Source: an uncultured Planctomycetota bacterium (GTDB lineage Bacteria; Planctomycetota; Planctomycetia; Isosphaerales; Isosphaeraceae). Taken from it: a stretch of DNA of 64,000 nucleotides. The notes beneath the pieces were generated by a model. The model searched no databases. It was given only the letters and a program-made list of their open reading frames with translations, and was not told the DNA's origin. The translations under genes and the position numbers were made by a program. Positions 47,860 through 58,235 of the stretch are shown piece by piece (positions within the stretch are counted from its first letter, which is position 1; every line of letters starts with the position of its first letter). The stretch is from positions 1,120,001 to 1,184,000 of the forward strand of contig CAWGMQ010000003.1 in NCBI GenBank assembly GCA_963823665.1, read 5' to 3'.

Positions 47860-48269
47860 GTGCGCCTGTAATTGCAGCGAATCAGCAGGGTGAAAGTCCT
47901 TGCGGAGGTGTTCTGGCGCTTCGTAACCGACGGTAACTGCGTCGCCGTGAGGCGGGGTGGAGAGCAACCCGAGGTGAACCATCAGTCCGTAACGCAAGTA
48001 AACTCGATTCGGCCGATCGTCGTGGCGAGCCTGCTAGGAAATGGCGAAGCCCAATTGACGCTTGGTCCTGAAAGGGACGGCCATGGATACATGGTCCGGT
48101 AAGCCTGGCATTGAAAAACCCAGAAATGTGCCGGGACGAGGACGGGTGGTTGGAGACGGAATGATCGGAAGATTCGTTGACGAGAAGCAGGGAGACCTGG
48201 GCGGTACCAAGCCGGTGTTCATGCTCGTAGAGCCAAAGAGCCGACCGCCCAGGAGTCAAAGCATCCGTA
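47860..48269 (+). ncRNA. Group II intron 5' remnant (domains I to about III; no RT ORF, no domain V/VI)
   Basis: Starts GTGCG; GGGTGAAAGTCC hairpin; GGTAAC..CCGTGAGG; CAGGGAGACC at end of DI; GGAGTCAAAGCATCCGTAG DIII-like start. Confidence 0.7.
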
Positions 48270-48359
48270 GTGTCTGCTGGGCAGTGTTTTGATCCGGAGG
48301 GTTCAAGTCCCTCGGCAGCCCGGATGAGGGGCGGCATATCCAAAGGCGCGGGTAACGCC

Positions 48360-49948
48360 CAATGGCACTAAGCTTCTACGCAATCAGTTTGCTGGGCAAC
48401 TGTTTTCTCCCATGGCCGAGGTCTTTCACTTTGGTGTCCTTGGGGCGGGGATAATGACGCCCTGGGCGTAGCGGCACGCTGTGCTTAGCGATTCGGCGGA
48501 GCAGTCGCGGTAACAGTATGGTACCGACGCGCTCCGGCGAGGCAGTCACCAGCGTCTGAACCATGTCTTGGATTTCCCTCAGAGCCTCGGTGAAGCTCAG
48601 CCTCAACGGGTCCAACCCGCGCTCCGCCGCGGCTTCGACCATCAGCCAGCGAACCATCAGGTACAACAGGAGATGGCTGCCAATCTCGTAATAGATAGTC
48701 CCTGGCGTGCGCCCTCTCAGGTTCTTCAGCCGCTGGCTGATTTTGAGCTCGCGAAAGCTGGTTTCGATTTCCCATCGGCGATGGTAGATTGCGTTATCCA
48801 GCACGCACCCTGCCTGGTGTTTGGTCGTCATGCCGATCCATTCCGCGTACGAAATCACGTTGGGATCCGTCGCGTTGGTGATTACGGCGCTGGGGCGAAA
48901 ACCACGCACTTGGTAGGCGATGCGCCGGAGCACCATTTCTTCCGGCAGGCCAAGCCTGCGCCACTTCTTGTCTTTGGGCGCAGCGAACAAGGGTGTCCTT
49001 CGGCCCCAAGCTCCGCATGCGTTTCAAGTGTGCCTGGGAAATCTCACGGATCGCGAAGAACGCCCCCTGCTGCACGATGCGGCAGAAAAGCCCGTAACTC
49101 CAAAACCCACGATCCATCAGCAGCAAGTCGTCCTTGTGCAAATGATCCATCAACTGTTCGGCCATTGTTTTCTCGGCTACGCTTTTGGGACCGACGACGA
49201 AGCGGTAGGGGACGCGTGTCAGCGGAAACTGAAGCATCACCATCCGGGCCTGGGGAATGCGACCTCCGCGGCCACCTTTAGCGGCGCCGAAATGCTTGGC
49301 TAACGCCTCATAGCGGGGCAGGTTGTTGAGGGTTCCGTCGAGGGCGATCAAACGGAAGTGCTTCCAACGAATCATGTCATCGCGCTCTTTCGCGAAGCGG
49401 TCAGCCAGAAGCAGCGACAAGGTAATCCAAAAATCCAAAGGCATGCGGGCGCGAGCTTGGACGAAAGCCTCCTCGCTGACTTGAATCGGCTTATCCCCCT
49501 TGGGGTGATGTTTCGACGGCTGCTTTTTGGTTGCCTTTCGAGCAAGCCGTCGTCCATTCCGGCCGGGAAGGTGGGGCAGCTCCAACTCGGGATCGAGATT
49601 GCCCAGGGGCGAGTTGGGGGCATCGGTAAGAATCTTGAAAGTAACAACAAGCGTGTCGGCAAAGCTCTTGGTTCCATCCAAAGCGTAAGACACGCCCAGC
49701 CAGACAAGATGCCTCAAGTTCAGAGGATTGGAAGTGACACGTCGCTGACACATGCGTGCAGCCTCACTGAAGAGGCGCGGCGTCAGGAACCGGGAAAAGG
49801 CTCGAATGCCCCGCGACTGAACTTGCTCCCAAACGCGACATCGTGCATCATCCTTGAACATCGTGGTCCTCCTGACCAAAAACGGTTTGTCACAAGCGTT
49901 TTATGCCAGGAGGACCGCGATCCTTTCAATACAAGCTTAGTGCCATTG
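48360..49948 (-). mobile_element. IS4-family insertion sequence (1589 bp)
   Basis: 16-bp TIR CAATGGCACTAAGCTT; 10-bp TSD GGGTAACGCC (48350-48359 and 49949-49958). Confidence 0.93.
48376..49861 (-). CDS. IS4-family DDE transposase; frameshift near 48985
   Basis: LIALDGT, LMDRGF, YHRRWEIETSFRELK (YREK). Confidence 0.9.
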
Positions 49949-50181
49949 GGGTAACGCCTCGCTGGCTGGGGAACGTGACCAAGGCGAACCCTAAACGGGC
50001 ACGAAGTTGTGCGTGGGCAAGATAATCGAGACGGACAACCCCGACGGCCACGCACTTCACACGGGAATTCTGGGAAGCCTGGGCAACCGAAGGATCGAAA
50101 TGAGTTTCGAACCAGCAGCCCAGTCGACGTAAACCGCGTAGTCAGAGGTGCCTGGCCGACTGAGCCGGCCGACTGAGCCGG

Positions 50182-50312
50182 CCCACCAAATCGCGGCCGA
50201 CGCCACCGTGGCTTGGGCTGCCAAACTCTCCGTCGGGTGGGTGCAACCCACCAGGATCGCGGCCGACGTCACCGTGGCTTGGGCTGCCGGACTTTTCGTA
50301 GGGTGGGTGCAA
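50182..50312. repeat. Tandem units of about 66 bp containing GTAG-type REP GT(A/C)GGGTGGGTGCAACCCACC
   Basis: Two near-identical units; last REP interrupted by the IS and completed at 51860-51875. Confidence 0.8.
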
Positions 50313-51859
50313 CTACCCCTGTGAACATGCAGATGCGAAATTAGCTAAACTGTGATTCTACTATGCTTTGATCCCTTTGTTCCCGCGGCAGGGGCTCCGC
50401 GGGACTTGTCCAGGAGCTTCTTGGTGGCAACGTGATGAATCCTGCTCCCGGAAGTCTTTTTGGTCTTCCTGGGCTTCTTCGGGCCCCGTCGCGATCGGAG
50501 CATCCGGTCCACGGGCACCTTGGCGGCCAAGGCGCTGAGCAGTCCGGCCACTTCGCCCGCCACGCAGCCGTCCAGAAACGACCAAACCGACGGTGGTGCG
50601 GCAATCATCATCCCGGGGTAAACCTCGGCGATGTCATTGACCAGGGCGTGATTCGACACCTCATTGACCATCTCGTCGCCGTGGACCGCTCGCAGATTCC
50701 CCTTCAAGACGGCCAAGCCGTTTCCGGCAATTACAGACATGGAGAAGCCGAACAGAGCTGCTCGAGGGTATCCCAGCGTGGGGATTTCGCAATGCAGAAG
50801 GTCGGTCAACTTCTGGAAGTGCTTCTCAATTTCCCATCGTCCGCAGTAGGCCTGGCAGCACAACTCCGCCGAGGCCGTGTCCGGGAGGTTAGTTATCAAG
50901 ATGATCTCGGTCTCCCCGTCGCGGGTGGGTTGGTCCAACCTCAAGACGATCCGTCGCAGGCGATAGCGACGCCCCTCGCATTCCGGATCATCGACCCAGA
51001 TTGCTTGCTCAAGAATCTCGCCGGCCTTGCAGCGTCCGACCGACCGCAACGGCTTGATCGCCTGGAACGGCATGGTGGAAGAATGCCAGCGGACCAAGAA
51101 GAACGCTTCGGTTCGCAGGATCCGAAACACGAAGCTCCGGACGCAGAAGTTACGATCCATGATCCAGAGCTGGCCCGGCGCGATGACCACCTGATCCAGC
51201 AGCGAGCGCTCCTGGGTGTGGGCGTTCTCCTCAAGGATGAGGTCGAGCACCAGGCCACTGACCGGCTCGTAAATGGCCAGCGACATGCCCGGCAGGGCCG
51301 CCGAACGAGTCGAGCGCAGTTCATTGATGCGATGATCGGTCCCTGTCAGGATATTGCCGTCGAGGATCCTTGCTGTATATCCCGGGATCGGCTCGGGCAG
51401 GAGGCAATCAGCAGCGGAGATGAGTTCGCGGGCTCGACTGGCGGTCTCTCGTACGATGGCGGCGGCTACGCCAGGTTCCATCCGACCCAGCTTGCGGTAG
51501 AAAGCGGACAGCGAAGCCACGAGGTGCAGTTGGCGCTTCAGGAATGCCTCCCGCGGGGAGCGCCGAAAGCCGCAGGCGACATCACACATCACCTGAACGA
51601 AATGACCGAGCAAAAATTCTCGCGTGTATTGTCCCTCGGACACCTCATCAAGAATGGGGTCAATCGAAGTGCGTTCGATCATCCAATCCAGGGCGATCCG
51701 GGCCATGACCGCCGGAGCTGCCTCCTCCGCGAATGGGTCGAGTTTGGATGGGAGAACCATTGGACCTCCTTGTCCGGACGAATTGATCCAGCGCGAACCT
51801 ACCAATCCTTTTCGGCAAAAGAGGTTATGACAATTAAATCTGCATGTTCACAGGGGTAG
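50313..51859 (-). mobile_element. IS4-family insertion sequence (1547 bp) inserted in a REP
   Basis: 22-bp perfect TIR CTACCCCTGTGAACATGCAGAT; 10-bp TSD GTGGGTGCAA (50303-50312 and 51860-51869). Confidence 0.93.
50345..51760 (-). CDS. IS4-family DDE transposase
   Basis: RILDGN, IMDRNF, YCGRWEIEKHF; GGAGG RBS. Confidence 0.9.
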   Translation of the reverse strand: MVLPSKLDPFAEEAAPAVMARIALDWMIERTSIDPILDEVSEGQYTREFLLGHFVQVMCDVACGFRRSPREAFLKRQLHLVASLSAFYRKLGRMEPGVAAAIVRETASRARELISAADCLLPEPIPGYTARILDGNILTGTDHRINELRSTRSAALPGMSLAIYEPVSGLVLDLILEENAHTQERSLLDQVVIAPGQLWIMDRNFCVRSFVFRILRTEAFFLVRWHSSTMPFQAIKPLRSVGRCKAGEILEQAIWVDDPECEGRRYRLRRIVLRLDQPTRDGETEIILITNLPDTASAELCCQAYCGRWEIEKHFQKLTDLLHCEIPTLGYPRAALFGFSMSVIAGNGLAVLKGNLRAVHGDEMVNEVSNHALVNDIAEVYPGMMIAAPPSVWSFLDGCVAGEVAGLLSALAAKVPVDRMLRSRRGPKKPRKTKKTSGSRIHHVATKKLLDKSRGAPAAGTKGSKHSRITV

Positions 51860-52063
51860 GTGGGTGCAACCCACCAGGAATGCGCCCGGCCTGACCTTCC
51901 GACCGAAAGTCTGCGCCTCAGATTCAAGCGCTGAACGTCCTCGGCTTGACCGGAGTCATCATCCAGATCCGACTCATCTCCGATGGCGCGACATCCGTGC
52001 AGGTGCCCTGGCGAGAGTTGGTAGTGGAGAAGAAATCGTAGCCGTGCGCGAGGCTCGATCGTG

Positions 52064-52131
52064 TCCCGAAGACTGGACTTGAACCACACCCTTTTGCGAG
52101 GACCGGATTTTGAGTCCGGCGCGTCTGCCAT
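52064..52131 (-). pseudogene. tRNA-Leu(CAA) 3' fragment #2 (att-like site)
   Basis: Same 5' breakpoint (ATGGCAGAC); CAA anticodon arm intact; T-arm degenerate. Confidence 0.85.
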
Positions 52132-52431
52132 CAGCGTGGCATTGGAAACAGGTTGGGCTGATAGTTAAATTACTCGTGTGGCAAGCGGTTACGTCACACT
52201 TTTCTGCCAGCAGCTTTGCAGCCACGTTGGGCTGACATTGCCAATGTTGTTGCCAAATTGTTGCCAAATTGTCCAGGTTCCGGCTAGGCAAGGGTGCTCG
52301 CACTCCCCAAACGCGAGCAACAGCATGGCACTTTCTCCTCGAATCGACGGGGCTTGACCTTGGATGTGCCAGCCCTGTCGAAGCCCCGCGGGTTTCATTA
52401 TCATCGAACTAGAGCGGTGAAGGAGAAAGCC

Positions 52432-53157
52432 ATGTCCAAGTATCAATCCGCGGCAGGGTTCCCGACCACTCACTGGAGTTGCGTTCTTCGCGCTGGCCAT
52501 CCGACCGATCGGGAAGGCCGAGACGCACTAGAGCGACTGTGCCGCGATTACTGGTATCCGCTCTATGCCTTCGCCCGTCGTCAGGGGCTCGATCGAGAGG
52601 AGGCCGGCGACCTCGTTCAGGGGTTTCTGGCGGACCTGCTTGAGCGTGGCGACCTGACGAAAGCCGACCCCGCTCGTGGCCGGTTCCGCTCGTTTCTCCG
52701 AACCGCCTGTAGCCACTTCCTGTCCCACGCCCGCGATCATGACCGCGCTCTTAAGCGAGGAGGAGGCCGTACTCCGGTCTCGATCGACCTGCACGACGCC
52801 GAAGGACGTTACATCAACGAACCGGCCCACGACCTGACGGCCGAACGCCTCTTTGAGCGGCGCTGGGCTATGGTCCTGCTCAGACATGCCCTGGCTCGCC
52901 TGGAATCAGAGGCAAGCCGCGGAGGCAAGTCTGATCTATTCCACCACCTGCGACCCATGCTGGAGGGAAATGACGTGGTGGATTCCTACAAAGAAATCGG
53001 CGAAACGCTGCAAATGAGCGAGGGTTCCGTCAAGCTCGCCGCTCACCGCTTCCGAGGTCGGTACCGGCAAATCCTTCGAGAAGAGGTCGCCCGGACCGTC
53101 GCCGATCCGGCTGAGATCGATGCGGAGATCGCCGATCTCTTGCGGGCGTTGTCGTGA
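52432..53157 (+). CDS. ECF sigma factor (STK-associated, FPTTHWS type)
   Basis: FPTTHWS, YWYPLYAF, DLVQGF, GRFRSFL, region 4 HTH; directly upstream of a kinase. Confidence 0.93.
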   Translation: MSKYQSAAGFPTTHWSCVLRAGHPTDREGRDALERLCRDYWYPLYAFARRQGLDREEAGDLVQGFLADLLERGDLTKADPARGRFRSFLRTACSHFLSHARDHDRALKRGGGRTPVSIDLHDAEGRYINEPAHDLTAERLFERRWAMVLLRHALARLESEASRGGKSDLFHHLRPMLEGNDVVDSYKEIGETLQMSEGSVKLAAHRFRGRYRQILREEVARTVADPAEIDAEIADLLRALS

Positions 53158-53252
53158 TTCCGACACCCACTGAAGAATTCGCTGTAACCTTCCGCAATTC
53201 GTCCGTCATGAGAATGTAGTGGGATCGTGGTCCGCTTCTGGGAGGCTGGGTC

Positions 53253-56200
53253 ATGAGTGATCGTGAGAACTGCCGGGTTTGCGGAGAGAAGCGGCCGGCG
53301 GATGCGCCTTCGGGGCTCTGTCCGGCTTGTTTGCTGAAGGCGGGGCTCCTGGGCGAGGGCTCCCGCTTGCCGGATGTGACGATCACGTTCGGGCCGGCCT
53401 CGTCGAGCGTCCTGGCCTCTTTCGGGGAAGCCTTCGGAAAGATCCCGCCGGTTCTGCTCCGGGATGCCGACTCAGTCACCGATCCTGGCCCGGTGATCCA
53501 ACCGTCATCCTCCGAAATCCCCGACCCCGCCGACCGTTCAGCGCGCTTGCAACTCTTCGGCGAGATCGCTCGCGGCGGCATGGGGGCCGTGCTCAAGGGC
53601 CGTGATTCCGACCTCGGTCGCGACCTCGCGGTGAAGATCCTGCTCGAATCCCATCGCGACAAGCCCGAGATGATCCGCCGGTTCATCGAGGAAGCGCAGA
53701 TCGCGGGCCAGTTGCAGCATCCGGGGATCGTGCCGATCTACGAGCTGGGAGCCTTCGGCGACCGCCGCCCCTATTTCGCCATGAAGCTGGTCAAGGGCCA
53801 CACTCTTGCGGAAATCCTCGCGAATCGAAAGTCAGCCGGCGACGGCTTCCCGCGCCTGCTTTCGATCTTTGAATCCATCTGCCAGACCATGGCCTACGCC
53901 CACGCCCGAGGCGTGATCCACCGCGATTTGAAACCGACCAACGTGATGGTCGGATCCTTCGGCGAGGTCCAGGTGATGGATTGGGGCCTGGCCAAGGTGC
54001 TGCCTCGCGGCGGAGCGGTCGAGGATGCCTCGGCCGGTCATACGAAGGACCAGGGGACGGTCATTGCCACGGCACGTAGTGACTCGGATTCGGATCTTTC
54101 CCAAGCGGGCTCAATCATGGGGACGCCGTCGTACATGGCCCCCGAGCAGGCTCGTGGCGAAGGTAATCAGGTCGACGAGCGCGCCGACGTGTTCGCACTC
54201 GGCTCGATCCTCTGTGAACTTCTGACTGGTCAGCCCGCTTTCACCGGCCGATCCTCCGGCGAGATTCAGCGCAAGGCCGCACGGGGGGATTTGAGTGACG
54301 CCGTCTCGCGTGTGCAAGCCTCCCGCGACGACCCCGACCTGATCGCGCTGACCGAGGCGTGCCTTTCGCCCGAGCGCGACGACCGTCCCCGCCATGCGGG
54401 TGAGGTTGCCGAGCGGATCGATGCCTATCGGACGGGTGTCCAGGAGCGAATGCGCCAGGCCGAACTCGCCCGCGCCGAGGAAACAGCGCGAGCGGAGGAG
54501 GCGACCAAGCGGGCGCGCGTCGAGCGCGATCGGCTGCGGCTGGCGCTGGCGCTGGCGGCCTCGATTCTTGTGCTGGTGGTTCTCGGCGGCGGTGGGGGCT
54601 TTTGGTTTTATCGACAGCGCCAGGCCCGCTTGTCGAGCGTCGAGGCCGTGCTCGTACGGGTGCAGACTCTCCGTGAGCAGGCCCAAAGCCGCGGCGCAGA
54701 TCCCTTGCCATGGCGCGAGGCGCTCGCCGCGGCCGAGCAGGCCCTCGCGTCGATCGGCGATCTGGCCGCGACGGTGCCCGGCCGTCGCCTGTCCGCGCTT
54801 CGCGACACAATCGCCGAGGACGAGAAGCGGGCCAAGCGCGAAACCACTTTCATGGCCGACCTGGCGGATGTTCGCTCAAAGCGCGGTCTGAAAACAATGG
54901 ACGCGGAGAAAGGCTACCCCAAGGCGTTTCGACGCTACGGACTTGACCTGACGACCACGCCCGTCGAGCAAGCCATCACTCGTCTAAAAACGCTCCCCGA
55001 GGCGCTTCGCCACGAGGTCGTGACGTTTCTTGATGACTGGGCCTTCGCGCGCGGCGGCACCGAAAACGAGACCGCCGGCCCGCTGGCGCTGGCGCGGGGG
55101 CTCGATCCCGATCCCGAGCGCAACCGCCTCCGCTCTCTCCTGGAAAACAAGGACCTGAAGGCGGATGCCGACGCCTTGTCCGGCATGGCGAAGCGACCGA
55201 ATCTGATCGAGTCCGGGCCGTCCACGGCCCTGCTCCTGGCCTCGGCGCTGGAACGGGTCGATCATAAGGACGCGGCAATTGGCGTGCTCCGCGCCACGGT
55301 GGTGCGATACCCCGGCGACCTCTGGGTGAACAGTGAGCTGGCTCATCGCTTGAACGAGATGGAGCCACCACAGTCTGCGGAGGCGATCCGTTACTACTCG
55401 ATTGTTCGCGCCCTGCGGCCTAGTTCGGGGCGCGAACTCGCGGACCTCTTGCGAGATGAAAATAGAGCTTCCGAGGCGGAAGCGATCCGTCGCGAATTGA
55501 CCAAATTACAGCCAGACGATCCAAGAACATGGAGCGAGCTGATCGAACTTCTCAAGACCCGACGTAACGCCGAGGGGATCCGCGAGATCGGCAATCAGTG
55601 GGTCGACTGGGTTCGCGAACAGATCAAGCGCGCACCCAATGAGGCTGCCCCTCACCTGAAAGCCGCTTGCGTCTACCACGTGTTGAATGACAGACCGAAC
55701 CAGATCGCCGAGCTCAAGGAAGCGGCTCGTCTCACCGAGAAAGGTCGCCTCGCGATCGACCACCTTCTCGGCCACGTGCTTTTTTTCGAGGACGACTTGA
55801 AAGGCGTGGCCAACGCCTATCGTGAGGCCCTGCGAGTCGACCCCACGGATCTCAATTGTGTTTACGAACTCGCCTTCAGCCTCTGCCTTTCGGGTGACCA
55901 TAAGGGAGAAGTGCAAGCTCTCCGCGAAGCTGTTCGACAGAAATCCGTGGCTGCCCAGCGAGTGGAGGCGTATTTCTCCGATGTAGAATCCTACACAGAA
56001 TTTTTCGATGATGATTTCTCTATTGCATCTAACTATATGATATTATATTTACACACATATGACCAAGGATATCAAGCTCTAGGCTGCGCGCTGGCGGAAA
56101 CAGGGGATCTTGCCGGCGCGATAGCTGCTTGCCGTGAAGCGATTCGGCGCGACGAGCGCGGCGCGATGATCCATACTGATTTCAGTAGTTCATGCACATT

Positions 56201-57086
56201 CAGCGGCAGCAATGACATTGAAACTCCCTACAGTTTCCCAGTCCTTTCCATCCTTATGAACGACGACCCTTCGAAGCTGATCCCCGAACTCCATGAGGCG
56301 ATCCGGCTCAAACCCAAACTCGCGGCGACTCAGGTCGGATTCCATCTTGCCGTTGCTCTTGGTCGTTCGGGCAACGTCACAGGCGCGATCTCCACGATTC
56401 GGAAAGCAATTGAGCAAGGGCCACAGGTCAGATTGGACACTCTCCATCTCATCTGGCCGATCGCTCTGATAGACCAAAAGAAGGATTTGATCGCGATCTT
56501 GCGCCAACTCCGCGAAGGAGCCAAAGAAGACAAAGCCATTGTTGTATGGATCGATCGCGCGATTCTTCTCACCGAGCGGCTCATGGCGATGGGCTCACGG
56601 CTCGCGAAGGTCTTCCACGGAGGAGGCCGCGGCGATGTTTATTCGAGGATGTGCCGAATTCGGCGGCTCTACGCCCTGGACGCTGCACTCTGGTCCGTGG
56701 CCTTCGACGTGGAACCAGCTCTGCTCGAGGATCGCTTAGGTTGGTATCGCTACTCCGCTGCCTGTTCCGCCGCGCTGGCGGGATGTGGAAAGGGAAAGGA
56801 TCAGCCTCCGCCCGCCGACGCTGAGCGCGCCAAGCTTCGTGGCCAAGCCCTCACATGGCTCCGCGCCGAGTTTTCGGCCAAAGCCAAGGTCCGAGAAACC
56901 GGTACGCCCGGAGCCACCAAGGATCTGCACGGGACACTTCAACACTGGCGAGAAGACCCCGACCTCTCCGGCGTTCGCGACCCCGAAGCCTTGGCCAAGC
57001 TCCCCGAGGCCGAGCGCGCGACTTGGCGGGCGCTCTGGGCGGAGGTCGAGTCCCTGGAGAAGCGGCTCCGAACGACGCCTCCTTGA
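53253..57086 (+). CDS. Serine/threonine protein kinase with N-terminal Zn-ribbon, TM and TPR array (STK3)
   Basis: CRVC..CPAC; IARGGMG, HRDLKPTN, DWGLAK, YMAPE; C-terminal RYSAAC..WLRAE domain like STK1. Confidence 0.95.
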   Translation: MSDRENCRVCGEKRPADAPSGLCPACLLKAGLLGEGSRLPDVTITFGPASSSVLASFGEAFGKIPPVLLRDADSVTDPGPVIQPSSSEIPDPADRSARLQLFGEIARGGMGAVLKGRDSDLGRDLAVKILLESHRDKPEMIRRFIEEAQIAGQLQHPGIVPIYELGAFGDRRPYFAMKLVKGHTLAEILANRKSAGDGFPRLLSIFESICQTMAYAHARGVIHRDLKPTNVMVGSFGEVQVMDWGLAKVLPRGGAVEDASAGHTKDQGTVIATARSDSDSDLSQAGSIMGTPSYMAPEQARGEGNQVDERADVFALGSILCELLTGQPAFTGRSSGEIQRKAARGDLSDAVSRVQASRDDPDLIALTEACLSPERDDRPRHAGEVAERIDAYRTGVQERMRQAELARAEETARAEEATKRARVERDRLRLALALAASILVLVVLGGGGGFWFYRQRQARLSSVEAVLVRVQTLREQAQSRGADPLPWREALAAAEQALASIGDLAATVPGRRLSALRDTIAEDEKRAKRETTFMADLADVRSKRGLKTMDAEKGYPKAFRRYGLDLTTTPVEQAITRLKTLPEALRHEVVTFLDDWAFARGGTENETAGPLALARGLDPDPERNRLRSLLENKDLKADADALSGMAKRPNLIESGPSTALLLASALERVDHKDAAIGVLRATVVRYPGDLWVNSELAHRLNEMEPPQSAEAIRYYSIVRALRPSSGRELADLLRDENRASEAEAIRRELTKLQPDDPRTWSELIELLKTRRNAEGIREIGNQWVDWVREQIKRAPNEAAPHLKAACVYHVLNDRPNQIAELKEAARLTEKGRLAIDHLLGHVLFFEDDLKGVANAYREALRVDPTDLNCVYELAFSLCLSGDHKGEVQALREAVRQKSVAAQRVEAYFSDVESYTEFFDDDFSIASNYMILYLHTYDQGYQALGCALAETGDLAGAIAACREAIRRDERGAMIHTDFSSSCTFSGSNDIETPYSFPVLSILMNDDPSKLIPELHEAIRLKPKLAATQVGFHLAVALGRSGNVTGAISTIRKAIEQGPQVRLDTLHLIWPIALIDQKKDLIAILRQLREGAKEDKAIVVWIDRAILLTERLMAMGSRLAKVFHGGGRGDVYSRMCRIRRLYALDAALWSVAFDVEPALLEDRLGWYRYSAACSAALAGCGKGKDQPPPADAERAKLRGQALTWLRAEFSAKAKVRETGTPGATKDLHGTLQHWREDPDLSGVRDPEALAKLPEAERATWRALWAEVESLEKRLRTTPP

Positions 57087-57376
57087 GCAGTCATTCCCGT
57101 ACGATCCCGCCACCGCTGAATTCGGGGCGGTTACGATGCTGCCCTGATCAACGTACGCCCCAGCGACATCGGTCTATCTCGGGAATTGATAAATTGATAA
57201 GAGAAGCCATGCGGGAGTTCGGGCCCGATGGCTAGGGGCAGCCTCTCTGCTGGCCGCTGCGGCCACAGAATCGCCGGCAGTTCTCACTGAAGCCGACAGA
57301 ACTTGACCGAATCCTGCGCTGCGGACTGGTACTTGCCCGGGTACAATACATCCATCGGAAACCGAGGAGAACCACC

Positions 57377-57583
57377 GTGCCGGAACTGACCTTGGAAAGC
57401 CTGGCCCGCCGCCTCGAAGATGTCGAGCGGCGTCTGAACGAGAAGGAAGCCAGCAGCGCCAAAGATTGGCGTATGGCTGCGGGTATGTTCACCGGACGGG
57501 AGTTTTCGAAAATCGTCGATGAAGAAGGCCGAAAAATACGCGAAGCCGATCGGGATGAGGCGCGCCAGGAATTCGGAGAGTGA
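57377..57583 (+). CDS. Putative antitoxin of the downstream VapC
   Basis: 68-aa ORF with GAGG RBS, overlapping the toxin start (GTGA). Confidence 0.7.
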   Translation: MPELTLESLARRLEDVERRLNEKEASSAKDWRMAAGMFTGREFSKIVDEEGRKIREADRDEARQEFGE

Positions 57584-58005
57584 TCCTTCTGGACACCGAT
57601 CATTTGACGGTTCTCAAGTACACCGACAGCGAGCGCTACGCGCGGCTCCATGGCCGATTGCTCGTTGCGGCCCCGGAACTGATAGGCACCACTATTGTCA
57701 ACGTTGAGGAACAAATGCGGGGCTGGTTGTCCGCAATCGCCAAAGAACGAATACTACTGCGTCAGATCACCGCCTACCGCGAGCTGACAGACCTGTTCGA
57801 TTTTTTCGCCAAGTTCAACATCATTTCTCTGACTGCCGACGCGGTAGACCTGTTCAACGGCTTCCGCAAATCGGGCATCAAAATCGGCACCATGGATCTG
57901 AAGATGGCCTCCATCGCGGTGGCCAATAGCGCACTTTTTCTCACGGCAAATTCGCGAGATTTCGAGAAAGTGCCGGGGCTAAGATCCGAGAATTGGCTCG
58001 AATAG
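57580..58005 (+). CDS. vapC: VapC-family PIN domain toxin
   Basis: MILLDTD, EE, GTMDLKMASIA, TANSRDF. Confidence 0.88.
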   Translation: MILLDTDHLTVLKYTDSERYARLHGRLLVAAPELIGTTIVNVEEQMRGWLSAIAKERILLRQITAYRELTDLFDFFAKFNIISLTADAVDLFNGFRKSGIKIGTMDLKMASIAVANSALFLTANSRDFEKVPGLRSENWLE

Positions 58006-58166
58006 CGAACGCGTGAGCGTCAGGTCAGCCTTATCGTCATTGAAGGACACCATTCTGGCGGAGTGGTGATCCTGTCTCCGCACCTCGGCGATCCGTTTGA
58101 AACGCACCAATGCGGCCGGGGCCGAGCCCACTCGAAGCCGATCACTTAGCATTTTGCACCAAGAAG

Positions 58167-58235
58167 TACAGAAGGTGGGACTTGAACCCACACCCCCTTG
58201 CGGGGACCGGATTTTGAGTCCGGTACGTCTGCCAT
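58167..58235 (-). pseudogene. tRNA-Leu(CAA) 3' fragment #3 (att-like site)
   Basis: ATGGCAGACGTACCGGACTCAAAATCCGGT..GGGTTCAAGTCCCACCTTCTGTA; same 5' breakpoint. Confidence 0.88.

Larger units (their letters stand above)
48270..50160 (+). ncRNA. Second group II intron-like 5' remnant nested in the first and split by an IS4
   Basis: Starts GTGTCTG; GAGGGTTCAAGTCCCTC hairpin; GGTAAC; non-coding sequence resumes after the IS at 49959; 3' limit approximate. Confidence 0.5.

Noticed and set aside
39924..58235. Three functional tRNA-Leu genes
   Set aside because: All lack the 5' acceptor and D-stem strand; copies 1 and 2 have T-arm defects; no matching 5' half was seen, so a split or permuted tRNA is unsupported
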